Source: Dehalococcoidia bacterium (GTDB taxonomy: Bacteria; Chloroflexota; Dehalococcoidia; Lucifugimonadales; Australimonadaceae). Taken from it: a DNA stretch of 64,000 nt. Numbering within the stretch: the stretch's first letter is position 1; the number at the start of each line of letters is the position of its first letter. A program made the translations under genes and the position numbers. This document shows positions 1 through 9,089 of this stretch, in pieces. The notes under the pieces are model-generated. The model was not told where the DNA came from. It did not search any database and was given only the letters and a program-made list of their open reading frames with translations. The stretch covers positions 1,933,594-1,997,593 of the forward strand of contig CBDFLS010000002.1 in NCBI GenBank assembly GCA_965249185.1, read 5' to 3'.

Positions 1-89
1 AGGCGTGACTTTGGCGCGTGTCAAAGGCGCTCTAGCTAGTGAATTTGCCAAATTGGGCAAAAAAAGCCCCGATTGATGGCATCACCCCC

Positions 90-119
90 TTGACGTAGCT
101 GGTTTTATCGTTCTACGAT
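90..119 (+). promoter_or_regulatory. candidate sigma70-type promoter for the small zinc-ribbon gene
   Basis: TTGACG (90-95), 18-nt spacer, TACGAT (114-119), about 50 nt upstream of the ATG at 170. Motif match only. Confidence 0.3.
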
Positions 120-169
120 GCTAGCGACCTCAGCAGGACAGCACTACTGAAGTAGTAAGGAGGCGATCG

Positions 170-310
170 ATGCAAGGGTATTGTATGAAGTGTCGTGCGC
201 AGCGAGATATGCAGAACACGAAGCCGGTAACGTTGAAGAACGGTCGGCCGGCCACGCAGGGGACCTGTCCCAAGTGTTCGACCAAGATGTTCCGTATCGG
301 CAAGGGATAA
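170..310 (+). CDS. small zinc-ribbon protein, DUF5679-like (46 aa)
   Basis: Not in the ORF track (<60 aa). AAGGAGG 8 nt upstream of ATG 170. Translation is MQGYCMKCRAQRDMQNTKPVTLKNGRPATQGTCPKCSTKMFRIGKG with a CxxC...CxxC pattern typical of DUF5679 proteins. An alternative start is ATG 185. A strong hairpin follows. Confidence 0.75.
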   Translation: MQGYCMKCRAQRDMQNTKPVTLKNGRPATQGTCPKCSTKMFRIGKG

Positions 311-334
311 TAGTCCCATCTTATTCGTCGACCC

Positions 335-365
335 AAGGGCCCGCCGTTTCGGCGGGCCCTTCCTT
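335..365 (+). terminator. stem-loop terminator after the zinc-ribbon gene
   Basis: AAGGGCCCGCC (335-345), loop GTTTC, GGCGGGCCCTT (351-361): a perfect 11-bp GC-rich stem followed by CCTT. The T-tract is weak. Confidence 0.55.
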
Positions 366-480
366 GTATGTGCCGGCGGAGCCGGGCAGGTGGCTGTGGC
401 AGTGTATGATGGGCCTGCCGACGCCCCGGTGCATCTACATCTAAGGGTGGCCGCGCGCCGTTCCCCGCTTAACGCTGTCC

Positions 481-507
481 CCACGCAACATTGCCCACGC
501 AACACTG
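481..507 (+). repeat. tandem 13-bp direct repeat immediately upstream of lgt
   Basis: CCACGCAACATTG (481-493) and CCACGCAACACTG (495-507), 12/13 identical, ending 6 nt before the lgt ATG. Confidence 0.6.
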
Positions 508-513
508 AATGAC

Positions 514-1374
514 ATGAACATCGACGTAGCACTCCAAGGGATCACTATCGGGTCTTTCACGCTCCGTTTCTATGCGCTCGCGCTGCTGACGGGCATGTTG
601 ATGGGCGTGGTCCTGGCCCGCCGCGAGGCACGCCGCTTGGGAGACGACCCGGAGCATGTGGTCAATATCGCTGTGCTGGGCGTCGTCCTTGGGCTGGTGG
701 GCGCGAGGCTCTACCACGTCTTCGACCAGCAGTGGTGGCCCTATTTCCGGGCCAATCCGGAGCAGATCGTCCTGGGCATCCGGAACGGTGGACTGGGGAT
801 ATTCGGCGCGATGGTGGGCGCTGTCCTCGCGTTGGCCATCTACGTCCGGTGGAAGCGGTTGCCCATGCTCCGGTGGCTGGATATCGGCGCACCCGCCTTT
901 CTCCTGGGTCAGGCCTTGGGACGGTGGGGCAACTTCTTCAACCAGGAGCTGTACGGCCCACCTTCGGACCTACCGTGGGCATTCCCCATCAGTCTGGCCA
1001 ACCGGGCGTCCGGCTACGAAGCATTCGAACGGTTCCATCCGCTCTTCCTCTACGAGTCGCTGCTGAGCCTGATGGGGGTGGTGGCGCTGCTCTACCTGGC
1101 GCGCCGTTTCGGCCCGTGGCTGCGAACGGGCGACATGGTGCTGCTCTACTTCATCTGGTACCCCGCCGAGCGGTTCGCGCTCGAGTTCCTTCGGCTGGAC
1201 CCGTGGACCCAGGGTGGAATCCCCATGGCCCAGTGGCTCACCGGCGCCAGTGTGCTGTTGGCTATAGCCACGCTGGTCTGGCGGCATCGCCGGCCCCGGT
1301 TCGCCGATGAGGTGGAGGGGCCGCGCCGCCGTTCGCGGGCGTCCGAGCGGCGGCAGCGCCGGCGGACGGGCTAA
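514..1374 (+). CDS. lgt: prolipoprotein diacylglyceryl transferase
   Basis: 286 aa, polytopic. Carries the Lgt signature GRWGNFFNQELYG and HPLFLYESL, with an Arg-rich C-terminal tail. Confidence 0.9.
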   Translation: MNIDVALQGITIGSFTLRFYALALLTGMLMGVVLARREARRLGDDPEHVVNIAVLGVVLGLVGARLYHVFDQQWWPYFRANPEQIVLGIRNGGLGIFGAMVGAVLALAIYVRWKRLPMLRWLDIGAPAFLLGQALGRWGNFFNQELYGPPSDLPWAFPISLANRASGYEAFERFHPLFLYESLLSLMGVVALLYLARRFGPWLRTGDMVLLYFIWYPAERFALEFLRLDPWTQGGIPMAQWLTGASVLLAIATLVWRHRRPRFADEVEGPRRRSRASERRQRRRTG

Positions 1375-1405
1375 CAAGCGTGGCTGGATGCGGGTAGGCG
1401 AAGGC

Positions 1406-1434
1406 TTGACACTCCTCTCCAGCGTCCCTACCGT
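1406..1434 (+). promoter_or_regulatory. candidate sigma70-type promoter
   Basis: TTGACA (1406-1411), 17-nt spacer, TACCGT (1429-1434), upstream of the 1611 ORF. Motif match only. Confidence 0.3.
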
Positions 1435-1610
1435 CGTTTCAGGTCGTTCCAAGAGCGTTTCGGAGTAGGGGTGGAGATGGCTCATCAAATGTTCCGCGCT
1501 CCGTGGCGTCCGGGCCATGCGGTCCCTGAGGGCCGGCCCGCCTGGGCCCTGAGCTGGGCGCCGTATGGTCGTCGGCACGTTTACGCGGGCTTGTTCTCGG
1601 CCACCGCGGA

Positions 1611-3197
1611 GTGCTGGCGTTGTACGCCGTGGTGGCGGGCCTGGTCCTGCTGCCGCTGTTCAGCGCCGGGAGCCCCCTGGGTGTGGACGCGCCCACCTTT
1701 CTGCACCTGGGCTTGGCCACGGAGCAAGCGCTCACCGGGAACCTGGGCGGAATCGTCTCCGACCCCTTCTGGTACGGGGGTTTTCCGTACCTGCAAGCCT
1801 ACTCACCCCTGGGGTACGGGCTCATCGGCCTGGTGGCCGCCGCCACGCCGTTTCCTCTAGAGCTGGTCTACCGGGCGGCCCTTTTTGCGGCCTATGTGGC
1901 GATGGGCGCCAGCGCATACTGGCTGGCCCTGGAGTTCGGCCTGCGCAGGAGCATTGCCGTGTGGGCGGGGCTGCTGACCCTCGGCTCCTATCCCGTCTTC
2001 ACTGGCCTGGGCATCTTCGGCTGGTTCTCCACACTGGTGGCGCTGCCCCTGGGAATCTTCGGGTACGTGCTTCTCGAGCGCGCGAATCGAACGCAGAGCG
2101 GTCGGCTCGCCGTTTGGGGAGGCGTCCTGTTCGCCGGCTGCCTGCTGGCGCATCATATGACGGCCATTGGCCTGGCGCTGGGACTGGCGCCTTGGCTGCT
2201 CTACCAGCTCTGGAGCGGCGCGGGGGACCGGCGGAGGCTGATCAGGAATATAGCCCTCTTCTCCGCGGGCGGCCTAGCGGTGGGAGGGCTGTGGGGTGTC
2301 TTCTTTCTGGCCCATATCTTGAGCGTGGGCTTCGAGCGGGAGCTGGCGGGGAACTGGCGGTTCAGCTTGGAGGACTACCGAGGCAGGCTGCTCGACCGGG
2401 AGCTGATCGGCGTCGAGATCTACCCCTCCTATCTGGGTTGGGTGCAGGTGCCTCTGGCGGCTGGAGGAGTGTTGCGGGCGCTGCTCTCACCGGGCCGGAT
2501 GCGGGGTCCGGCTATCGTCCTGATCGTCCTGACCTGGTTCAGCCTCGGCGCCGTGGGGATGCCGCTGGTCAACTATTACTCCTTCTCCGGGCTGGACGTG
2601 GCACGGTTTACGCTCTTCATGACGCCTTTCATGGCCCTCATGGGCGCCTACTTGCTTTCGGAGGTGCTGGGCGATGCGCGCACGCTCCAATTGAAGCTGC
2701 TCCTGCCCGCATGGGTGGCGTCCGGAGCGGTCGGGCTGGGGGCGGCACTCCTGCTGGTGCTGCCCGCCATAGACGTGAAGGACGCCCGCCCAACCCTGTT
2801 GCCTATCTCCGCCGGCGAGGAGCTGGACCTGGCCATGGAGTGGCTGGTGGGAGAGACGGAGGAGGATGCCACCGTTCTGGCGGTGGGGTTCCGGAACTGG
2901 GACGCTTACTGGGTCCCGCTCCGTTCCGGCCGGCCCTTGATGGACGGCTGGTACGACGAGGGGGCGGACGATTGGCGGACGATCCGGGAGATGCGGCACA
3001 TGGGCTGGTTCGGCAGGGTGGACGCGCTCCGTCTCTGGGAGATCATGGGGAAGAGGGACACGGACTATCTGATGGTGTGCCAGGGGGACTTCTGGGACAG
3101 CCCACATAAGTACGATGAGATTGTCAGCCAGGACACCTTCTTGTTCGAGGAGCGGGCATCGTGGCCCAGCCTCATTATCTACGAACGGATCGGCTAG
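1611..3197 (+). CDS. large polytopic membrane protein with C-terminal soluble domain (possible GT-C-type glycosyltransferase)
   Basis: 528 aa, GTG start. About 12 hydrophobic segments over the first ~400 aa, then a soluble W/D/E-rich domain. This is the architecture of ArnT/PMT-like GT-C enzymes. No specific motif was recognised. Confidence 0.6.
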   Translation: MLALYAVVAGLVLLPLFSAGSPLGVDAPTFLHLGLATEQALTGNLGGIVSDPFWYGGFPYLQAYSPLGYGLIGLVAAATPFPLELVYRAALFAAYVAMGASAYWLALEFGLRRSIAVWAGLLTLGSYPVFTGLGIFGWFSTLVALPLGIFGYVLLERANRTQSGRLAVWGGVLFAGCLLAHHMTAIGLALGLAPWLLYQLWSGAGDRRRLIRNIALFSAGGLAVGGLWGVFFLAHILSVGFERELAGNWRFSLEDYRGRLLDRELIGVEIYPSYLGWVQVPLAAGGVLRALLSPGRMRGPAIVLIVLTWFSLGAVGMPLVNYYSFSGLDVARFTLFMTPFMALMGAYLLSEVLGDARTLQLKLLLPAWVASGAVGLGAALLLVLPAIDVKDARPTLLPISAGEELDLAMEWLVGETEEDATVLAVGFRNWDAYWVPLRSGRPLMDGWYDEGADDWRTIREMRHMGWFGRVDALRLWEIMGKRDTDYLMVCQGDFWDSPHKYDEIVSQDTFLFEERASWPSLIIYERIG

Positions 3198-3727
3198 GGC
3201 GGGCCGAGCTTCGCTGCCGCGGGGGTTATCGGAACAGCCGCCGGAGCAGGCCGCCACGCGGGGGCTGGGGCGAGATGGGACTGACGGGTCCATCAGCGAT
3301 GATGGAGGCGGGGTTGTCGTAGAGGAGGGCGTGGGTGGCATCAGCGCCCACCAGCTCCGTCACGCGGGATGCGGCGCTGGCCAAGAAAGGCTCTCGAAGG
3401 CCCGTGGGCCGGTGGGTGTCGGAAGCTAGGATGTGCACCAGGCCGCGCCGGAGCATCTCCTCGGCGGCGTGCCGGGCCCTGGCGCCGAAGCCGCCCGCCA
3501 CGCTGGTGGCGGTCACCTGGGCTAGGGCCCCATGCTCCACGAGCTCCTCCAGATACGCCAGGTTCTCCTGCAAGGGGACGATGCGATCCACGTGGGCCAG
3601 CACGGGCACGACGCCCAGGAGCTGGACTTGGAACAGCACCTCCTGGGTGTAGTTGGCCCACTGCATGGCGTCGAACTCCACCAGCATGTACCGAGAGCCG
3701 TTGAGGCTCAGGCAGCGCTTTTCCTTA

Positions 3728-4572
3728 GGGTATAGTCCCAAAACAGCCACCTGTGAGAGAATGGTGGCATGGGACGGAAGATTGGGTGCCCTCGATGTCA
3801 ACACGCCAAGAGCTGGAGCATTCGGCGAGGTAAGAGTCGTTGTGCAGCCTGCCACTACGAGTGGGTGCCCAGGGCGCTGCCGCTTCGGTTGTCGCCAGGG
3901 GAGTGGCGGCGACTGTTGCGCTGGTTCGTCTTGGGGCAGAGTGCCGAGGTGATTGCCCAGGAGGCCCGCCTGGAGCGAAAGCGAGTCCTGCGAGCCCTGA
4001 TCGTGGTGCGCCAGGCCATGGTCCGGGACGTTCCCCATGTCTTCTCCGGCGTGGTGGAGGTCGACGAGACCTACCTGGGAGGTTCCTGGCGCAACAGGCG
4101 CCTGGCAAAGCGTGTTCAGGGCACGAAGCGGGGCCGTGGAACCACTAAGCAAGCTGTCTTTGGGATCCTGTGTCGAGGTGGCCTGGTGTGGGCGCAAGTG
4201 GTACCTAACGTGGAAGCCAAGACGCTGCTGCCGCTCCTGCACCAACGCGTGCAACGTGGCTCCATCGTCTGCTCGGACACCTTTACCAGCTACACGGGCG
4301 TCGCAGCGGGGGGCTACGTCCACCGGCTTGTGGACCACAGCCAGGCGTTCAGCGATCGGCAAGGGAGCCACGTCAACGGCTTGGAGGGCTTCTGGGGTTA
4401 TCTCAAGCGGCGTCTGGCAGCCAAGGGGGGAGTCCGCCGAGAACGGCTGCCCCTCTATCTTGCTGAGTATGTCTGGCGCTACAATCATCGGCGTCTGTTG
4501 GGACCAGAACAGGTTAAGACATTGTTCAAGCTGCTTCAAAGCTAATCCGGTGGCTAAAACGGGACTTTACCC
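3728..4572 (+). mobile_element. IS1595-family insertion sequence, copy 1 (845 bp)
   Basis: Ends are GGGTATAGTCCCAAAACAGCCACC and GGTGGCTAAAACGGGACTTTACCC. Flanked by TTCCTTA (3721-3727) and TTCCTTA (4573-4579). Confidence 0.9.
3769..4545 (+). CDS. IS1595-family transposase (ISXO2-like DDE domain with N-terminal zinc ribbon)
   Basis: 258 aa. CPRCQH...CAACHYEW zinc ribbon, VEVDETYLGG, SD.F.SY and GFWGYLKRRL motifs typical of IS1595 transposases. Confidence 0.9.
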   Translation: MGRKIGCPRCQHAKSWSIRRGKSRCAACHYEWVPRALPLRLSPGEWRRLLRWFVLGQSAEVIAQEARLERKRVLRALIVVRQAMVRDVPHVFSGVVEVDETYLGGSWRNRRLAKRVQGTKRGRGTTKQAVFGILCRGGLVWAQVVPNVEAKTLLPLLHQRVQRGSIVCSDTFTSYTGVAAGGYVHRLVDHSQAFSDRQGSHVNGLEGFWGYLKRRLAAKGGVRRERLPLYLAEYVWRYNHRRLLGPEQVKTLFKLLQS

Positions 4573-4891
4573 TTCCTTAATCAGCTCTGGCAGGTTGGGG
4601 ACCAGGTGCTGCTCTAGGCCGGGCATGAGCTGGAGCTGGATGCCGTGGGACGCCGCCATCCGGCGCAGGGCGGCTAGACGCTCCTCGAGCACGGAGACGC
4701 CCCCCTGGTCGAGGAAGTCCTGGGAATGGGGCGTGACCACCATGCCCGTGACGCCACGCTGGGCCGAGAGGGAGAGCATGGCGAGGGACTGCTCCTCGTC
4801 CTCCGCGCCGTCATCGAAGGCCGGTATGACGTGGCAGTGAAGGTCGTAGAGGGGGAGCGGAGGTCGGGTTGGTTGGTCTGTCATGGAGGCG

Positions 4892-6739
4892 CTACTCCAC
4901 CGTGACGCTTTTGGCTAAGTGTCTGGGCTGGTCCACATCGCAGCCGCGATAGACGGCCGTGTGGTATGCGAAGAGTTGCAGGGGCACGGCGGCGATCAGC
5001 GGGGCCAGGAGCGGCGGGCATGGCGGAGTCCACAGCACATCATCGACCTGCCCCGCGAGGCTGTCGTCGCCCTCGGTGGCGATGGCCAGCACCGGGCCCT
5101 CGCGCGCCTTCACCTCGTTGATGCTCCCCAGCAGCTTCTCGTAGAGGGGGTGCCGCATGGCCAGGGCTACGACCGGAGTCTCCGGGTCCACCAGCGCGAT
5201 GGGGCCGTGCTTGAGCTCGGATGCGGGAAGGCCTTCCGCGTGGAGGTAGCTGAGCTCTTTGAGCTTCAAGGCCCCTTCGCGGGCCAGGGGCTCCAGAAGC
5301 CCTCGGCCGATGAAGAGGAAGCTCCGGCATTGGGAGTAGCTGGAGGCCAGATGGCGATAGGCCGTACCGTTGAGGGCCAGGGCTCGGCTCAGCAAGGCGG
5401 GTAGTTGGGCCAACGTCGCCACGTGGCCCGCCAACGACGCCGGGTCGAGCACCCCGCGTTGAGCGCCCAGGTGGGCCGCCAGCAGGTAGAGGCAGACCAT
5501 GGAGGTGGTGAAGGTCTTGCTGGAGGCTACGCCCACCTCCGGGCCCGCGTGCATGAGGATGGCGCCCTCGGCTATGTGGGTGGCCTGGCTCCCCTCCACG
5601 TTGCAGATGGCGAGGGTCCGGGCCCCGCCCTGGATGGCCTGCTGGAGTCCCTCCAGCGTATCGGCGGTCTCGCCGGACTGGCCGACGGCTACCACCAGGG
5701 TGCGCTTGTCGACCACCGGCTGGCGGTAGCGGAACTCCGAGGCGTTCTCCGCAGTCGAAGGCAGCCGAGCGATCTGCTCCATCATCCGGGCGCCCACCTG
5801 GGCGGCGTGAAGGCTGGTGCCCATGCCAATGAACACGGCGCGCTCCAGGCCCTGGAGCTGGCGTTGGGTAAAGGGCACCTCATCCAGCGTGATCTCCTCC
5901 GGGCTGAAGGAGAGACGGCCCCGAAGGGCGCTCATGGCGGCCTCGGGCTGCTCCATGATCTCCTTGAGCATGAAGTGCTTGTACCCGCCCTTGGCCGCGG
6001 CCAGAGGGTTGAGGGCCACGGACTTTGGCCGGTTCTTCACGCGCTGGCCGTCCAGGGTGTAGTAGGCGCTGTCGTCCGGGTGGAGCACGGCGAGCTGTCC
6101 CGGTGAGAGGAAGGCGATGGAGTTGGTGAGGGGCAGCAGGGCGGGCAGGTCGCTGGCCAGGTACATCTCCCCCTGGCCGTACCCGACGCAGATTCCTCCC
6201 GCGTGGCCGATGCGGAGGGTGACGATGGTGTCCGGGTCGCCGGTGTAGAGGGCTGCGATGGCGTGGGCGCCCCGGAGCTGGGCGGCGGCCTGGCGCACGG
6301 CGTCCGGGAAGGATGCGCCTTGGGCCAACCGCTCCTCGACGAGATGGGTGATCACCTCCGAGTCGGTGGCGGAGCTGAAGGTGTGCCCCGCGCTCAGGAG
6401 CCGCTCCTTGAGCTCCAGGTAGTTCTCCACGATTCCGTTGTGGACCACGACCACCCGGTTGGTGCAGTCGGCGTGGGGATGTGCGTTGAGCTCGGTGGCC
6501 TTGCCGTGGGTTGCCCACCGGGTGTGGCCAAGGCCCCTGGTGCCCGAAAGGGGGTGGGCCTCCACCTCTCTGACGAGGTTCTGGAGCTTCCCGGAAGCCT
6601 TGCGGATTGCGAGGCCCTCCGGACCGTTGATGACGGCGAGGCCTGCGCTGTCATACCCGCGGTACTCAAGCAGAGTCAGGCCCGCGAGGACCAGCGGGGT
6701 TGCTTCCCGGTTGCCCAGATAGCCGAAGATGCCGCACAT
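4892..6739 (-). CDS. glmS: glutamine--fructose-6-phosphate aminotransferase
   Basis: 615 aa. MCGIFGY N-terminal nucleophile, two SIS domains, C-terminal ...KSVTVE. Confidence 0.95.
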   Translation of the reverse strand: MCGIFGYLGNREATPLVLAGLTLLEYRGYDSAGLAVINGPEGLAIRKASGKLQNLVREVEAHPLSGTRGLGHTRWATHGKATELNAHPHADCTNRVVVVHNGIVENYLELKERLLSAGHTFSSATDSEVITHLVEERLAQGASFPDAVRQAAAQLRGAHAIAALYTGDPDTIVTLRIGHAGGICVGYGQGEMYLASDLPALLPLTNSIAFLSPGQLAVLHPDDSAYYTLDGQRVKNRPKSVALNPLAAAKGGYKHFMLKEIMEQPEAAMSALRGRLSFSPEEITLDEVPFTQRQLQGLERAVFIGMGTSLHAAQVGARMMEQIARLPSTAENASEFRYRQPVVDKRTLVVAVGQSGETADTLEGLQQAIQGGARTLAICNVEGSQATHIAEGAILMHAGPEVGVASSKTFTTSMVCLYLLAAHLGAQRGVLDPASLAGHVATLAQLPALLSRALALNGTAYRHLASSYSQCRSFLFIGRGLLEPLAREGALKLKELSYLHAEGLPASELKHGPIALVDPETPVVALAMRHPLYEKLLGSINEVKAREGPVLAIATEGDDSLAGQVDDVLWTPPCPPLLAPLIAAVPLQLFAYHTAVYRGCDVDQPRHLAKSVTVE

Positions 6740-6826
6740 AGGCCGTCCACGAGATGTAGGATAGCCTCATAGCGTAACAAAGTCTTCGCGGCCCGTAAAT
6801 CGCGCCGGCGGCGTGCTGGAGGGCGT

Positions 6827-7567
6827 TCAGTCGTTGAGAGGGGACAGCAGGCTTGCGGCCTCCCGGTCCACGAGCCAGGTGAGCCGGCCGTCGGCGGGCC
6901 GCACGAGGGCCGCCGGGAGGGCGTCGCCGGAGGGGGTCGGCTCCAGGACGCGGCGGAGGGCTTGAGCTTTGGCGGGGCCCGTCACGAGGAAGAGAATTTC
7001 CCTGGCTGCGTTGAGCAGCGGGAGGGTCATGGTGATTCGCCAGGCCCCGAGAGAGGGAACGTGGTTGGCCACCACGAGTTGCCGCCGCTCGTTCACGGCC
7101 TTGGCGCCGGGGAAAAGGGAGGCGGTGTGCCCATCTTCTCCTATACCCAGGAGCGCTAGGTCCAGGCGGGGCTCCCGCCGCCCGATGAGGGCCCGCACCG
7201 ATTGCTCGTAGCGGACGGCGGACTCCTCGGGGGTCAGGCCGACGGTCTCGATAGGGTGTGTCTGCGCTTCGAGCAGGGGGACGTGGGCCAGGAGCGCTTC
7301 CCGGGCCATGGCGAAGTTGCTGTCGGCGTGGTCCGGCGGCATCCACCGCTCGTCGCTCCAGAGGAGGTGGGTGGCCGTCCAGGGCATCGCCTGCGCGTAG
7401 GGTGGGGAGGCTAGGAGCCGGTAGAGGAGGGCGGGGGTGCCGCCCCCGGAGAGGGCCATGACGAACCGTCCCCGCTGGGCCACGGCGGAGCGGGCGGCCG
7501 CAAGAACATGCTCGGCCCCCGCCCGGGCGGCCTCGGTGGGAGTGGAGAGGACGTGGGGCGCTGTCAC
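6827..7567 (-). CDS. pgl: 6-phosphogluconolactonase
   Basis: ALSGGGTP motif and GEDGHTASLFPG. The GTG at 7567 lies 1 nt after the zwf stop. The track's longer start at 7609 would overlap zwf by 41 nt. Confidence 0.8.
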   Translation of the reverse strand: MTAPHVLSTPTEAARAGAEHVLAAARSAVAQRGRFVMALSGGGTPALLYRLLASPPYAQAMPWTATHLLWSDERWMPPDHADSNFAMAREALLAHVPLLEAQTHPIETVGLTPEESAVRYEQSVRALIGRREPRLDLALLGIGEDGHTASLFPGAKAVNERRQLVVANHVPSLGAWRITMTLPLLNAAREILFLVTGPAKAQALRRVLEPTPSGDALPAALVRPADGRLTWLVDREAASLLSPLND

Positions 7568-7568
7568 G

Positions 7569-9089
7569 CTAGTGCCCGTTTTCACCAGAATGAAGGCCGT
7601 GGGCACCACAGAGGTGGAGCCACTGATGGCCCATCTCGTCCGGCAGATGGTCGGCGGCCTCCGGGCCCCAGGAGCCCCGCTCGTACTCGGCCATAGGTGG
7701 CGCGTCCGGCGCTTCGCCCGCCTCGAGGACCGGCTGAACGATGGCCCACGCCTGCTCCACCTGGTCGGCGCGCATGAAGAGGGAGGCGTCGCCGTTGAGG
7801 GCGTCCTGGAGGAGGCGCTCGTAGGCTTCGGGGATGGCCTGGGCGCCGAAGGAGGAATCGTAGTGGAACTCCATGGCGTTGGGCCGGGTGGTCATGCCGG
7901 CGTCGGGCACCTTCACCTGGAACCGCAGGTGCATGCCTTCGTCGGGCTGGAGGCAGAGCGCGAGGGCGTTGGCGGTCTGTTCGCGGTCGGAGGACATGTT
8001 GAAGAGCAGGTAGGGCGGGCGGCGGAACTGGATCGCGATCTCCGAGGCTTTGGCCGCCATGGTCTTGCCGGAGCGGAGGTAGAAGGGGACTCCCTGCCAG
8101 CGCCAGTTGTCGATGAAGAGGCGGAGGGCTATGTAGGTGGGAGTGCGCGAGTCTGGCGCCACGCCGCGTTCATCCCTGTACCCCTTGTATTGGGCGGCGA
8201 CCGTATTCCGGGCCACCTCCTGGGGAGACCACCGGCGCACACCCTGGAGCACCTTCACCTTCTCGTTGCGCAGCGCGTCGGCCTCCATGGAGTTTGGGGG
8301 CTCCATGGCCACAATGGTCAGGAGCTGGAGGAGGTGGTTCTGGACCATATCGCGCACCACGCCCGACTCATCGTAGGAGGCGCCCCGGTCACTGACGTCC
8401 ACCTGCTCGGCCACGGTGATCTGGACGTGGTCCACATACGTGCGGTTCCATATGGGCTCGAAGATGGCGTTGGCGAAGCGGAACACCAGGAGGTTCTGCA
8501 CGGTCTCTTTGCCTAGATAGTGGTCGATCCGGTAGACCTGGTCCTCGCTGAAGACGGAGTGGATGGTACGGTCGAGGGCGCGGGCCGAAGCGCCGTCCCG
8601 TCCGAAGGGCTTCTCGATGACCACGCGGCGCCATCCATTGGGCTCCTGGGCCTGCTCTTGGGCCCGGTCCTGGGCTCGCTCTTGGGCCAGCCCGGCGGCG
8701 CCCAGGTTGGCGATGGCCGTCTCGAAGAGGGAGGGGGCGATGGCCAGGTAGAAGAGACGGTTGGCGGCGGCGTCGCCCGCCTCCAGCTCCTCCAGCTTCG
8801 AGCGCAGGGTGTCGAAAGAGGCGGGGTTGGAGATGTCGCCACGGGCAAAGAAGATGCGTGAGGCGAAGTCCTCCCACTCCTCTTCACGGATGGCCAGGTC
8901 CGCCAGCTCCCGGACGCCGTCCCAGACGTGCAGGCGGCACATGGTGTCGGTGAAATCGGAACGGGAGACGCCGATAACGCGCAGGTCATTGGGGAGCCGC
9001 CCCTTGCAGTGGAGCGTGAAGAGGGCGGGCACGAGCTTGCGCCGCGCCAGGTCCCCGGAGATGCCGAAGATCACCAGAGTGGTAGTCAC
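7569..9089 (-). CDS. zwf: glucose-6-phosphate 1-dehydrogenase
   Basis: [23 protein letters not shown] and EKPFG motifs. The GTG at 9089 is preceded by AGGAGA and overlaps the gnd stop (GTGA). The upstream 92 codons of the track ORF are Arg/Gly/Pro-rich read-through. Confidence 0.9.
   Translation of the reverse strand: MTTTLVIFGISGDLARRKLVPALFTLHCKGRLPNDLRVIGVSRSDFTDTMCRLHVWDGVRELADLAIREEEWEDFASRIFFARGDISNPASFDTLRSKLEELEAGDAAANRLFYLAIAPSLFETAIANLGAAGLAQERAQDRAQEQAQEPNGWRRVVIEKPFGRDGASARALDRTIHSVFSEDQVYRIDHYLGKETVQNLLVFRFANAIFEPIWNRTYVDHVQITVAEQVDVSDRGASYDESGVVRDMVQNHLLQLLTIVAMEPPNSMEADALRNEKVKVLQGVRRWSPQEVARNTVAAQYKGYRDERGVAPDSRTPTYIALRLFIDNWRWQGVPFYLRSGKTMAAKASEIAIQFRRPPYLLFNMSSDREQTANALALCLQPDEGMHLRFQVKVPDAGMTTRPNAMEFHYDSSFGAQAIPEAYERLLQDALNGDASLFMRADQVEQAWAIVQPVLEAGEAPDAPPMAEYERGSWGPEAADHLPDEMGHQWLHLCGAHGLHSGENGH

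Larger units (their letters stand above)
3226..4884 (-). pseudogene. CpsB/YwqE-type PHP-domain protein-tyrosine phosphatase, split by IS1595 copy 1
   Basis: The N-terminal part (4884-4573) reads LYDLHCHVIPAFDDGA. The C-terminal part (3720-3226) reads LNGSRYMLVEF...HILASDTHRP. Removing 3728-4572 plus one TTCCTTA copy restores a continuous 268-aa frame (...ELIKE|KRCLSLNG...). Confidence 0.85.

Noticed and set aside
1565-3109. 514-aa alternate-frame ORF overlapping the membrane protein gene
   Set aside because: It is a highly Arg/Gly/Pro/Ala-rich translation without hydrophobic segments. The +1-shifted frame starting at 1611 gives a coherent polytopic membrane protein.
3226-4539. 437-aa chimeric ORF, together with the stop-free antisense frame that spans every IS1595 copy and reads out through the transposase-proximal end (for example 24142-24993, 41380-42279 and 52085-53098)
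   Set aside because: The IS part is antisense to the transposase and has antisense-type composition (L, A, G, P, Q, H). The fusion to the CpsB C-terminal half in copy 1 follows simply from the phase of the insertion. There is no evidence of a real second IS gene. Read-out transcription from the IS cannot be excluded.
6740-6826. Possible glmS ribozyme/riboswitch upstream of glmS
   Set aside because: Only 87 nt separate pgl from glmS, too short for the ~170-nt ribozyme. I could not find its conserved core sequences. glmS appears to be co-transcribed with the upstream genes.
7437-8516. 359-aa plus-strand ORF. The same situation applies at 19183-20013, 20041-21210, 22220-22957, 47792-48640, 59199-59948 and 63562-63978.
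   Set aside because: All are antisense to genes with clear family motifs (zwf, ugd, Gfo/Idh/MocA, AroE-like, wzy, SDR genes). They show low-complexity, antisense-type composition.
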